A stretch of DNA of 64,000 nt from Desulfatiglandales bacterium (GCA_963667015.2 CAXXJJ010000001.1:224001-288000), one strand, 5' to 3'. Counted from the first letter of the stretch, positions 28,447 to 37,497 are shown. Numbers and translations are program-made. Notes: generated from the letters alone by a model not told the origin.

Positions 28447-28761
28447 GCTGAAAGGCTATAATGAAGAAAGCATCATTTACGGTATTTGGGGAAGTAGGAA
28501 ATATTTCCCAAATCCCCAAATAGCAGTATAAAAATAAAATTCCGGGCTGAATTGATGTCTATTTACAAAAATTGGCAATCTTGCCAAAAGTTGTAAATAG
28601 AAAATAAGAATCAAAATATTGTTGTAATAATAACTGGTTATCAAAAATACAAGGTCGGTAAATAGCGGGCAAAATCGGCTTTTAACCTGTCGCTTCACAA
28701 GACCACGAGGGGCTTCTTTCAATTTTTGCTGAGCATCTCGGCGTGGCTTGTGAGCTGGCCG
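28440..28761 (+). other. ORF-less gene cassette
   Basis: Starts GTTAAAAGC; its attC begins GCTTTTAAC (28678); no plausible plus-strand ORF; two 40-bp palindromes. Confidence 0.75.
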
Positions 28762-28764
28762 TTA
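28680..28764 (+). other. attC site interrupted by intron 3
   Basis: TTTTAAC...TCACAAGACCACG/CGTGGCTTGTGA stem...CCGTTA|GTGCG. Confidence 0.9.
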
Positions 28765-30720
28765 GTGCGCCAAGCGCAGCTTGGTGCTTCTTATAGAGTG
28801 ACCTGTCACACTCAAGTAGTAAGGTATGACAGGAAGTCTTTATCGGGCAAAGCCTAGCCAGCAGCCCGTACCGAGTGTTGCGTGATTGGGAAGGATAGGC
28901 AGTATTATGATGCTGAACGACTCACACGAAGCGTACACAGGGAACACTATAGGCCGCAGGGAGGACGTACCCTCCTTAAGCAATTCAGCCCCGTTAGTTG
29001 CAATAGAGCAGTTGGCGACAGCCTTAACGAGTTGGAAGCCTGAATAATTGAATCGCAATGGCAAGATTCATGAGAGGCTGCCGGGGTCCGAGAGCGTGGC
29101 ATGTAGTGAGAGAAGCATCAGGAACTTGGGAGACCCTTAACGTCTCCTCCTTTAGAGAGGTAGGGAGTTACAACCAAAAGAAGGACAACCGAAGGACTTA
29201 AGGGAGTCAGATCATCTCATAGTACTCTGAGACGGTAGGGCCGATCACAGGAGCCTGCTTGGCAGGCCGGGGAAGGGGATGACGGTATTACGCAGTCCGC
29301 AAAGGAAACATATGCAGATAAGAAAGGCTGAACAACATATGCAAACCTCACTGCGGGGAATAGCAAAGAAAGCGAAGGAAGATCCTAAACACAAGTTCGG
29401 AAACCTCTACAGTCTCCTGAACGAGAGAAACCTAAAATGGAGCTTTCCTCAGCTAAACAGGAAAGCTGCCCCCGGAATAGATGACGTTGACTATAAAGAA
29501 TTCAAATCCAATCTGGATGAGAATATCAGGAATATAGTCATGGATTTGAAGGGTAAGAGGTATAAGGCAAAGCTTGTACGTCGTCGTTATATACCCAAAT
29601 CCGGGGGAAGAAGACCTCTGGGGATACCTGTTGTAGGAGACAAGACATTACAAACGGCAGCAGCCTCGATACTATCAGCAATATATGAGGCAGATTTTAT
29701 GCCGTTCAGTCATGGATACCGGAGAGGAAGAGGACCTCAGAAAGCGGCATTGAAACTAAGTGAACTGATCCACAGAGGAAAGTTCCGGTGGATAGTTGAT
29801 GCTGATATCAAGGGGTTCTTTGACAATCTAAATCATGACTGGCTGATCCGCATGTTGTCTGAGCGAATCAAAGATAAATCATTTCTTGGACTAATAAGGA
29901 AATGGTTAAAGGCAGGGATACTGGAGGAAGATGGTCAGGTGATATATCCTGTAACCGGAACTCCACAGGGCGGCACAGTATCGGCAGTTCTTGCAAATAT
30001 TTATCTTCATTATGCGCTGGATATATGGTTTGAGAAAGTAGTAAAGTCACGGTGCGATGGAGATGTAATACTGATGAGATATGCTGATGATTTTGTTGTC
30101 TGTTTTCAGTATCACCGGGATGCTCGAAGATTTTATAATGAACTGGGCGGAAGGCTCGGAAAGTTTGGTCTTGAGTTATCACAGGAAAAGACAAGAATGA
30201 TTGAATTTACAAGGTTTATAACCGAAGGGAGTAATGTATTTACCTTTCTGGGTTTTGAATACCGCTGGGGCGTGAGCAGGAAAGGAAAGCCTTTAGTAAA
30301 GATGCGAACGTCAAAGGGTAAATTCAAGGCAGCAATAGCCAACTTCTTATCCTGGATCAAGAAAGAGCGCAGTAAGCTTGGAACAAGGGCATTGTTCGTG
30401 AAGATGAGGCAGAAACTGCAGGGACACTTTAACTACTATGGAGTAAGTGGCAATATTGAAATGCTTATGAAATATTACCATGAAGCCTTGGAGATAATGT
30501 TTAAGTGGCTGAACCGCAGGAGCCAACGGAAAAGCTGTACGTTTAAAAGGTTCATAGGGATGGTTGAATATTTTAAAATACCCCGTCCCCGAATAATAGG
30601 ATATTGGGATTAACCGATCGCTTTTGTACGAAGCGAGTAATACTGAGGAGCCTTGTGCGGGAAAACCGCACGCAGGGATCTGCGAGGGGACGGTCAGGTA
30701 ACTGGCCGTTCTACCTTGAT
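28765..30720 (+). mobile_element. Group II intron 2, copy B, 1956 bp
   Basis: Same ends, same length and identical translated IEP as 26014-27969; different flanks. Confidence 0.92.
29279..30613 (+). CDS. ltrA: Group II intron RT/maturase (true start probably 29339)
   Basis: Protein identical to 26528-27862. Confidence 0.95.
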   Translation: MTVLRSPQRKHMQIRKAEQHMQTSLRGIAKKAKEDPKHKFGNLYSLLNERNLKWSFPQLNRKAAPGIDDVDYKEFKSNLDENIRNIVMDLKGKRYKAKLVRRRYIPKSGGRRPLGIPVVGDKTLQTAAASILSAIYEADFMPFSHGYRRGRGPQKAALKLSELIHRGKFRWIVDADIKGFFDNLNHDWLIRMLSERIKDKSFLGLIRKWLKAGILEEDGQVIYPVTGTPQGGTVSAVLANIYLHYALDIWFEKVVKSRCDGDVILMRYADDFVVCFQYHRDARRFYNELGGRLGKFGLELSQEKTRMIEFTRFITEGSNVFTFLGFEYRWGVSRKGKPLVKMRTSKGKFKAAIANFLSWIKKERSKLGTRALFVKMRQKLQGHFNYYGVSGNIEMLMKYYHEALEIMFKWLNRRSQRKSCTFKRFIGMVEYFKIPRPRIIGYWD

Positions 30721-30738
30721 GCCCAAAAGGAAGAAAAC

Positions 30739-31584
30739 ATGACACCAAATACCAAAGCGCATAAAGCATACTGTATATCGTTCCGTTCGTTAATTCCATT
30801 TCTTCTAATCTCGTTCGGCTTAGCTTGGGGTATCCTGGGTTTATATATCTTTCTTTCGGAGAGAATGGTATCGGTGTTTGGGCAACTCACGGGCAACCAC
30901 CCACTATTTTTCCTGGCGGTGTATGCTCCTGCATTAGCGGCATTCATTCTTGTTGCCAGAAGCAGTGGACTCACCGGCCTGCGTAGATTTCTCGCAAGGG
31001 CTTTGCTCTGGCGCTGTAACGCTGCTTGGTATACCTTTCTGATTATTGGGATACCCCTAATTTTCATTGTCGGCTCTGGCATCAGAGGAAACCTTTTTTC
31101 GGAACCATTTCCATTTGCGTCCCTTCAAGCGTTATTTATTGGGTTGCTTTTAGCTGCCATGAAAGGCCCGATGGAAGAGTTCGGCTGGCGAGGTCTTGCA
31201 CTTCCTCTCTTGCAAAGGAAATTTGCTCCAATCTGGGCCGGGTTGATTCTTGGTATCATATGGGGGCTGTGGCATTTCCCTGCCTTCCTCTTAAGCGGAA
31301 CCCAGCAAAGCAAGTGGTCATTCACGGCGTTCTTTGCTGGGTGCTTGGCAATAAGCGTTATCGTGACGGCATTGTTCAATAGGTCACATGGCAGCATTCT
31401 GCTGTCAGCATTTTTCCACTTTCAGCTGATGAACCCGATCTTTCCAGATGCACAACCTTACGACACATACATTTTAATCGCCGTTGCCAGCCTAATTGTT
31501 TGGTTGAACCGCAAGGATATGTTTACAAAGGAAGGGGTAGTCACGGACGTCATTCCAAATCAGAGGAAAGTGACCGATGTCTAA
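30739..31584 (+). CDS. CPBP (CAAX/Abi) family intramembrane metalloprotease (cassette)
   Basis: EEFGWRG, WGLWH and FH motifs; ATG at 30739 after AAGGAAG, outside the intron. Confidence 0.9.
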   Translation: MTPNTKAHKAYCISFRSLIPFLLISFGLAWGILGLYIFLSERMVSVFGQLTGNHPLFFLAVYAPALAAFILVARSSGLTGLRRFLARALLWRCNAAWYTFLIIGIPLIFIVGSGIRGNLFSEPFPFASLQALFIGLLLAAMKGPMEEFGWRGLALPLLQRKFAPIWAGLILGIIWGLWHFPAFLLSGTQQSKWSFTAFFAGCLAISVIVTALFNRSHGSILLSAFFHFQLMNPIFPDAQPYDTYILIAVASLIVWLNRKDMFTKEGVVTDVIPNQRKVTDV

Positions 31585-31642
31585 ATCAAAATCAACGTGA
31601 CCGGCGGAAAAGCTCGCCGGCTCGTTATTTAGCGCGTTATTG
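31579..31642 (+). other. attC site
   Basis: GTCTAAA...CCGGCG/CGCCGG stem...GTTATTG. Confidence 0.75.
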
Positions 31643-31656
31643 CCGAATGAAGAACC

Positions 31657-32124
31657 ATGAAGATACGAAAAGTTAAACAGTCAGACTTTGCAGAATGGCT
31701 TCGGCTACGCAAACTGTTATTCACGGAATGTGAATCAGAAGAATTGATGCGTGAAATACGCGCCATATATTTCGATAGAAATGTGGTTGGGGAACTGGAT
31801 TACGTTGTTTATGTTGTTGATAATGAAAAATCGAAACTGTGTGGATTTTGCGAAACTTCTCTTCGAAAGCATGATCCGGTTTCCCAAGGTGGCCCGGTCG
31901 GATATGTTGAAAGCTTGTTTGTTGATGCAGAATTTCGCATGAAGAGATTTGCAAAAGGTATGCTCATTGAATGTGAAAAATGGGTAAGAAATCAAGACTG
32001 TCATGAATTTTGGGTAGATACCGAGGATAGATATCCCGAAGCATTGCGATGTTATCAAAACTTCGGATTTACAGTTGTGAATAGAAATAGTTCAGGGATT
32101 CTTTTAAATAAAAAACTGCGATAG
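31657..32124 (+). CDS. GNAT acetyltransferase, AAC(6')-I-like (cassette)
   Basis: EWLRLR..LF, GF.E.SLR, VGYVESLFV..EFR and C.EF..DT patterns. Confidence 0.75.
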   Translation: MKIRKVKQSDFAEWLRLRKLLFTECESEELMREIRAIYFDRNVVGELDYVVYVVDNEKSKLCGFCETSLRKHDPVSQGGPVGYVESLFVDAEFRMKRFAKGMLIECEKWVRNQDCHEFWVDTEDRYPEALRCYQNFGFTVVNRNSSGILLNKKLR

Positions 32125-32194
32125 CAAGCATTTGCACAAGGACAACCAACCGCGCTTTCGCGCTACCGGTCGCCTGTGAAACTTTTCGTTATTT
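32119..32194 (+). other. attC site with a degenerate R''
   Basis: CGATAGC...GCGC-TTTC-GCGC...CTGTGAA...GTTATTT. Confidence 0.65.
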
Positions 32195-32476
32195 TTAAAA
32201 TCATGAGAACCGGAATCAGAATAATTGGCCATAGAGGCCATCCAGAAGTCACAAGAGGAGGCTTTGTTCTTATGGGAAGGAGTTACATATTATCTTAAAC
32301 CTGAATCAAAAAGCTTTGAGATAGTGGAGCATTTAGATAATACTGAGATGGAAAACTTTTTCTTTTAAATGAAAATCAAACATTATTGGGCCATATTATT
32401 GCTGCTTTTCGATTTGTACTAGCTAAACCAGTGTAACTTAAAATACTTATAAAATTTTAATAAATGCTAACAAACA

Positions 32477-33100
32477 ATGATCAAACCGACTGAAATATTT
32501 CGCAATTTTGTGAAACTTGTAATGGGAAATACCATATCTGCACTGATTTGCATTGTCGTGGCATTCATCCTGTTTTTTTCTTCAGCCAATTTCGTTTCTG
32601 TCATCTACCATGCCGATCACGAAATCTCATATTCGGGACGGATCATCGTCAGTGACTGTAACCCCCAATTCCAGAACCTCATCAAGAAGGATTCTAAAGA
32701 CGATTGGAAGTCATCGTGCATGACGATTTACCAGATTAAGCTCGGAAATACGGGGGCATCCGACCAAGAAAATATCCGCATCCGCATGCCCCGGATTTCA
32801 TTTCTGGTTCCACCGGACATCTCTGTTCAAGATCTCATCGCCAGCAATGAAAAGAAACAGACACCCGAAATTAAGGACAGTTCTCAGAATGACGGCGTCG
32901 TGGTGTATGACATTTCACCGCTGCCGCAAAATACGCTCGTGACCATCAAGTTTAGCGCGGTCGGTATGGAAAACGCCCGCATGCTGGAATCCATGGAGAT
33001 TCATGTGGAGGCTTATGGTCGTATAGTCGAAAGCGATCCTCAAGCAACTGTTTTTGCTAGATTCCTGCACGAAATGTTTGGCTGGTTGCGAATATTCTAA
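32477..33100 (+). CDS. Hypothetical membrane-anchored protein (cassette)
   Basis: N-terminal TM helix and a beta-rich domain; followed by an attC. Confidence 0.65.
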   Translation: MIKPTEIFRNFVKLVMGNTISALICIVVAFILFFSSANFVSVIYHADHEISYSGRIIVSDCNPQFQNLIKKDSKDDWKSSCMTIYQIKLGNTGASDQENIRIRMPRISFLVPPDISVQDLIASNEKKQTPEIKDSSQNDGVVVYDISPLPQNTLVTIKFSAVGMENARMLESMEIHVEAYGRIVESDPQATVFARFLHEMFGWLRIF

Positions 33101-33134
33101 AGTGCAGCGCCGGATAGAATGACAATGCTGCAAT

Positions 33135-33214
33135 GCCCAACCTGCAATTTAACGCGGACTGGCCTACCTCTCTCACTCACTCTCGTCCATCCGGTTAATT
33201 GCGGCGTGTTAGCG
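33135..33214 (+). other. attC site
   Basis: GCCCAAC...GCAATTTAAC/GTTAATTGC...GTTAGCG. Confidence 0.8.
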
Positions 33215-33297
33215 GAGAATACTATGAAATTTTTTTTATCCTATCAGTCATAATTTATGCTTTATTTACATGCGAAATATGGAAGCTTAATATCAGC

Positions 33298-33361
33298 ACT
33301 TAACGAATCTGCTTCAGGTGACAGCGTAAAAACCACGTTGCTCCTGAGCAACACGTTAGGT
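33298..33361 (+). other. attC site closing a ~150-bp degenerate cassette
   Basis: ACTTAAC...GCTTCAGG/CCTGAGC...GTTAGGT. Confidence 0.8.
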
Positions 33362-33376
33362 CAAAGGAGGAACCAA

Positions 33377-33856
33377 ATGAAATGGTTTAAAATACTAATA
33401 ATGTTTATACTTTTTCAGTTCTTTTTTATTCCATATTCCGAATGCTCTGATGCGGATGACATTAAATCACTCGAAACTCACATGGTACAAAAATTAAAGG
33501 AAGTTGAGATCAAAGGTAGTGGACATCATTTAGTAGGTACAAAAAATCTATTGGCCTACAAAACAAGTTATGATCAATGGATATATATAAAAACCATCAA
33601 AACAAAAGATACGCGACAACATGTTTATCTGTTTAAAGAAGGCAATGACCTTAGAGCTATTGTTTGGGTTGATAAGGATGGCACCCCAATCAAAGTACCT
33701 CCTTATCCAGAAGGGGAACGCAACAAGTATACTATGGAGCCATCGTTTACAGTCATTACGCAGGATATTAATACGTATTCAGAAGTAATACCTGATCACG
33801 GTCTTATTCTTCTTATGTATCCTACAGACAAATGGATTGATGACCTAAAACAATAA
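33377..33856 (+). CDS. Hypothetical exported protein (cassette)
   Basis: ATG after AAGGAGG; signal peptide; TGACCTAA at its end mirrors GTTAGGTCA. Confidence 0.7.
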   Translation: MKWFKILIMFILFQFFFIPYSECSDADDIKSLETHMVQKLKEVEIKGSGHHLVGTKNLLAYKTSYDQWIYIKTIKTKDTRQHVYLFKEGNDLRAIVWVDKDGTPIKVPPYPEGERNKYTMEPSFTVITQDINTYSEVIPDHGLILLMYPTDKWIDDLKQ

Positions 33857-33994
33857 AAACATACAAACTGAGCCTGTAAAGGACCCTGACCCATCACAGG
33901 CCGGGTATATGGGTGAAAATTAGACCGTGTGGAATCAGCGATGAAAGTCAGTGATTATTTAGAGGAAGAATAAGGCATGGACAATAAGTCTTAT

Positions 33995-34045
33995 TACCGC
34001 TTAACTGTGACCGGGCGATAAAACGCAGCCCTTTGTTTGTTATAC
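33995..34045 (+). other. Degenerate attC
   Basis: GGGCGATAAAACGC is identical to the loop of the attC at 25974; ends GTTATAC. Confidence 0.5.
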
Positions 34046-34065
34046 TAATCAAGGAGGAGTTTTAA

Positions 34066-34398
34066 ATGGAATTACCTATTACAGGCGGGTGTATGTGTAA
34101 ATCAATACGATATAAATGCATGGCTGAATTTTTTATGATGGGAAATTGTCACTGTCGGGATTGCCAGTATTCAAGCGGCAATGGCCACTCTTCATTATTT
34201 TCAGCGCCTGTCAGCGCACTAAAAATCACCGTAAACCCCAAATACTATGAGTCGCTTTCAGACGACGGGATTAAAGTCTGGCGTGGATTTTGCCCCGAGT
34301 GTGGCAGCCCTCTTTTTTCCATGAATGATACCTATAAAGAAAAATTTATTAATATCAAACAAAATGCTGGATGTTTAATAGTACGAAAAGGAGTATAA
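34066..34398 (+). CDS. GFA family protein (possibly C-terminally truncated)
   Basis: GGCMC, CHCRDC and FCPECGSPLF. Confidence 0.8.
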   Translation: MELPITGGCMCKSIRYKCMAEFFMMGNCHCRDCQYSSGNGHSSLFSAPVSALKITVNPKYYESLSDDGIKVWRGFCPECGSPLFSMNDTYKEKFINIKQNAGCLIVRKGV

Positions 34399-34401
34399 AA
34401 T

Positions 34402-35298
34402 ATGAAGAAAGCTATTCTTGTTTTACTTTTCTCATTTGTCACCCATAGCCTTGTGTTTGCCCAGACTCAAACAAGCGTTGTTGAAACAGGGGCTAAACTC
34501 GTTAAACTCTCCGGGGAATTTAAATTTACAGAGGGCCCTGCTGTTGACAAAGTCGGCAATATTTATTTTACAGACCAGCCCAATGACCGGATAATGAAGT
34601 GGAGCATAGATGAAAAGCTGACGACATTCATGCAGCCAAGCGGTCGATCAAACGGTCTATATTTCGACCTGCAGGGAAAACTAATTGCCTGCGCTGACAA
34701 TAATAACGAACTCTGGATAATAGATTTAAATGGAAACAGGAAAACCATTCTCAATAATTATGAGGGAAAGCTGCTCAATGGTCCAAACGATGCATGGGTC
34801 AGACCTCAAGATAATGCTATATACTTTACAGATCCTTTTTATAAGCGTGATTACTGGAAACGGGGTCCAATGGAGCAGGATGGACAGCATGTTTACTATG
34901 TGTCTCCTGATCGAAAGACAGTAAAACGTGTCGCCAGTGATCTTACACAGCCGAACGGAATCATTGGAACGCCCGACGGTTCTACTTTGTACATCGCTGA
35001 TATCGGTGCATGGACAACCTTTGTTTTCGATATTAATAAGGACGGCACATTAGATAATAAGCGGATCTTCTGCTCCATGGGTTCGGATGGCATGACAATC
35101 GACAGTGATGGGAATATCTACTTAACCGGACAGGGAGTTACTGTTTTTAACAGGGAAGGCAATAAGATCAGTACAATATCTGTCCCCGAGGAATGGACCG
35201 GTAACGTATGCATCGGTGGCAAAGACCGTAAAACCCTTTTCATAACAGCAAGTACGGGGCTGTATGCAATTAAACTACGAGTCAAGGGTGCCTATTGA
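34402..35298 (+). CDS. SMP-30/gluconolactonase family protein
   Basis: FTEGP, NGPND, PNGI and SDGM; signal peptide. Confidence 0.9.
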   Translation: MKKAILVLLFSFVTHSLVFAQTQTSVVETGAKLVKLSGEFKFTEGPAVDKVGNIYFTDQPNDRIMKWSIDEKLTTFMQPSGRSNGLYFDLQGKLIACADNNNELWIIDLNGNRKTILNNYEGKLLNGPNDAWVRPQDNAIYFTDPFYKRDYWKRGPMEQDGQHVYYVSPDRKTVKRVASDLTQPNGIIGTPDGSTLYIADIGAWTTFVFDINKDGTLDNKRIFCSMGSDGMTIDSDGNIYLTGQGVTVFNREGNKISTISVPEEWTGNVCIGGKDRKTLFITASTGLYAIKLRVKGAY

Positions 35299-35353
35299 AC
35301 GCCTGGCATTTTTCACTGTAAAGAAGATACGGAAGAGCTTACAGTTACTTTAA

Positions 35354-35806
35354 ATGAGGAAACAAATGGAGCAAATTAATAATGCTGTAAATAAATTTAA
35401 TCAAGGGTATGCCTGCTCTCAGGCCATTCTTTCTGAATATTGTGAACTGTTCAATATGGACATTGAAACAGCTCTGAAACTGGCTGCCGGATTTGCCGGT
35501 GGTATGCGTTTTGGCGGGACCTGCGGCGCTGTTACAGGTGCATTTATGGTGCTAGGCTTGAGACATGGCACTCAAAATTGCGAAAAACCTGATGAGCGTA
35601 AAAATGTGTATGATGCAGTGTGTGAATTTACAAAAAGCTTTAAAGAAATACACGGCTCAACAAGTTGTGAAACCCTGCTTGGTTGTAATATAGGTACGCC
35701 GGATGGTATGCAGAAAGCAAAAGAAGATAATTTATTCCATACTCTCTGCCCTGAATATATAAAAAGCTCGGCTGAACTGCTGGAAATTATCCTCAGTAAA
35801 AAATAA
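35354..35806 (+). CDS. C-GCAxxG-C-C family redox protein
   Basis: CSQA, CGAVTG and two downstream Cys. Confidence 0.85.
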   Translation: MRKQMEQINNAVNKFNQGYACSQAILSEYCELFNMDIETALKLAAGFAGGMRFGGTCGAVTGAFMVLGLRHGTQNCEKPDERKNVYDAVCEFTKSFKEIHGSTSCETLLGCNIGTPDGMQKAKEDNLFHTLCPEYIKSSAELLEIILSKK

Positions 35807-36030
35807 AAACGTTACTCAGGTTAATATTTAAATCCGGTACTTTGTATTCTTTAAAAGTGCTATACTTAGGGTTTCAAAGGGTACTAACCAAGTTTTATGT
35901 TTAATGGTCTCTTTTTATTGATAAAATGATTGGACACAATCACCTGATAACCCCTTGAGTTTCTAGTCCCTTTCTCCATGCTAACTGGGAGAAGAACCTA
36001 TTTTAGTTAAGGATAATAAAGGAGGTAAAT

Positions 36031-36447
36031 ATGGATCGCTATTTTAAGATGTTGATTTTTATAGCGGCTGTCATCATATCCACAGTCTTTAATCCGGTTC
36101 TCCTCCAGGCCGATGATTCGAAGCAGATCACTACACCGGCGCAGGCCGCAAAACATGCAGCAAAACTCGCAAATGAAAAATGCCGGATGGAATTTGGCTG
36201 CTCACCATTTAAGCCTGAATCATACAAGGCTGAGCTGGCAGGCTCAAAATGGCGCTGGGGTAAGATTGAGCCGATAGGCATTCATGGTTATTCTGCAAAA
36301 GTTGAATTCTGTAAGGATGGTTCGGATGAAGATGTGAGGGTTGTTTTTCATACGGATGTAATTGATGACAAATACAGGGCCCAAGAGAATGAGATTCCGA
36401 TAGAAAAGAGGAAAAAGATAAAAAAGCTGGAAAACCTGTTACCCTGA
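36031..36447 (+). CDS. Hypothetical exported protein
   Basis: AGGAGG RBS and signal peptide. Confidence 0.65.
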   Translation: MDRYFKMLIFIAAVIISTVFNPVLLQADDSKQITTPAQAAKHAAKLANEKCRMEFGCSPFKPESYKAELAGSKWRWGKIEPIGIHGYSAKVEFCKDGSDEDVRVVFHTDVIDDKYRAQENEIPIEKRKKIKKLENLLP

Positions 36448-36490
36448 ACCATATAAGGATTTTTCGCTGTATATTAAAAAAGGAATAAAT

Positions 36491-36853
36491 ATGCCCATAA
36501 AGATTGATCAGCCAATGATTATAGAAGCAGCAGGAAATAAATTCAAAAGAATTGAAGAATATATCGGTCGTGTAAATTCCCAAACACCGGAAGTCAGCAT
36601 AGCACGCATGGTAAGCCCTTCCGGGTGGATTGAGCCGGGCCAGAAGGCGCAATTCACCGAGTATACAGTCGTATTAAAAGGGATATTACAGGTTAAGACA
36701 GGATCTGAAGTGTTTAATGTCAGTGCTGGTGAAGCTATTACAGTAAATGCAGGTGAGTGGGTTCAATACAGCACCCCCGGTGATGACGGTGCGGAATATA
36801 TCTCGGTCTGTATCCCGGCATTTTCACAAAACACGGTTCACAGGGATGAATAA
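36491..36853 (+). CDS. Cupin-domain protein
   Basis: GWIEPGQ..FTEYTVVLKG...GEWVQYSTP. Confidence 0.8.
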   Translation: MPIKIDQPMIIEAAGNKFKRIEEYIGRVNSQTPEVSIARMVSPSGWIEPGQKAQFTEYTVVLKGILQVKTGSEVFNVSAGEAITVNAGEWVQYSTPGDDGAEYISVCIPAFSQNTVHRDE

Positions 36854-36938
36854 AAAATAGTATAATCCACTGCCCGGCCGGAACCGCCTAATACGCCTGC
36901 CGGTTATCATAAACGGTTTGATTGGCAAAGGAGCCTAA

Positions 36939-37100
36939 ATGATGGAAAGCCTCATATCACTTGTCTGCCTTTACTTATATGGAACAGTCATTGTGGTTGG
37001 CCTTGGCATCGCTATCCAATTGATACGGAACAATAGATCAAAGAAGCAAAAGGAGGAGCCAGTGCCCGGAAGCACGGATAACTCCCCTCGTGAGGAATAA
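36939..37100 (+). CDS. Small single-TM protein, 53 aa (not in the ORF track)
   Basis: AAGGAG RBS; MMESLISLVCLYLYGTVIVVGLGIAIQLIRNNRSKK... Confidence 0.45.
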   Translation: MMESLISLVCLYLYGTVIVVGLGIAIQLIRNNRSKKQKEEPVPGSTDNSPREE

Positions 37101-37176
37101 CAGACTGATGACCAGTATTAAATATTACAATATTGGAAATCTATTCTAACTAAGTTAACATTTTCAGGAGGAGAAA

Positions 37177-37497
37177 ATGATTGAGGTATGCTTATTGTTT
37201 AACATGTATAAAGATGTAGATGAAGACCAGTATGCAGCATGGGCAAAAAAGGCTATTGTGCCGCTCCTCAAATCACCGGGTATTGTTGAATTCAAGGCGC
37301 ACCGCAATATTCTGGGAACACCTCAGGTCCGGCTTACTACAATCTGGAAAAGCCTGAATGACTGGGCAGTGTTTGCGGAATCTCCGGCATGGCCTGATCT
37401 GACGGGAGAGCTGTCCAAAAAATTTGCTGCAAATATTGAAATGACCATCTGGAGGCCATCTCACATTGCTCCTGAACCGCTGCGACCGGCCAGATAA
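37177..37497 (+). CDS. Dimeric alpha-beta barrel (ABM/EthD-like) protein
   Basis: PGIVEF..W.SL..WA.FAES..W pattern; RBS present. Confidence 0.55.
   Translation: MIEVCLLFNMYKDVDEDQYAAWAKKAIVPLLKSPGIVEFKAHRNILGTPQVRLTTIWKSLNDWAVFAESPAWPDLTGELSKKFAANIEMTIWRPSHIAPEPLRPAR

Larger units (their letters stand above)
22154..34400 (+). mobile_element. Integron gene-cassette array with no integrase in the window (CALIN-like)
   Basis: At least 8 attC sites in the same orientation, each following a promoterless ORF or short spacer. Confidence 0.85.

Noticed and set aside
23695..30613. RTs as retron, DGR or CRISPR-associated RTs
   Set aside because: They have maturase domains, YADD, and flanking intron 5' ends with DV/DVI; no msr/msd, TR/VR pair or cas genes
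30604..30738. N-terminal extension of the CPBP ORF
   Set aside because: It lies inside intron domains V-VI; the start with an RBS is at 30739
32188..32470. Intact gene in the cassette after the GNAT
   Set aside because: Only short broken frames; treated as a decayed cassette
33257..33376. N-terminal extension of ORF 33257-33856
   Set aside because: It runs through an attC; the ATG at 33377 has AAGGAGG and a signal peptide
22154..34400. CRISPR array
   Set aside because: The repeating units are heterogeneous attC hairpins separated by genes, not constant repeats with short spacers
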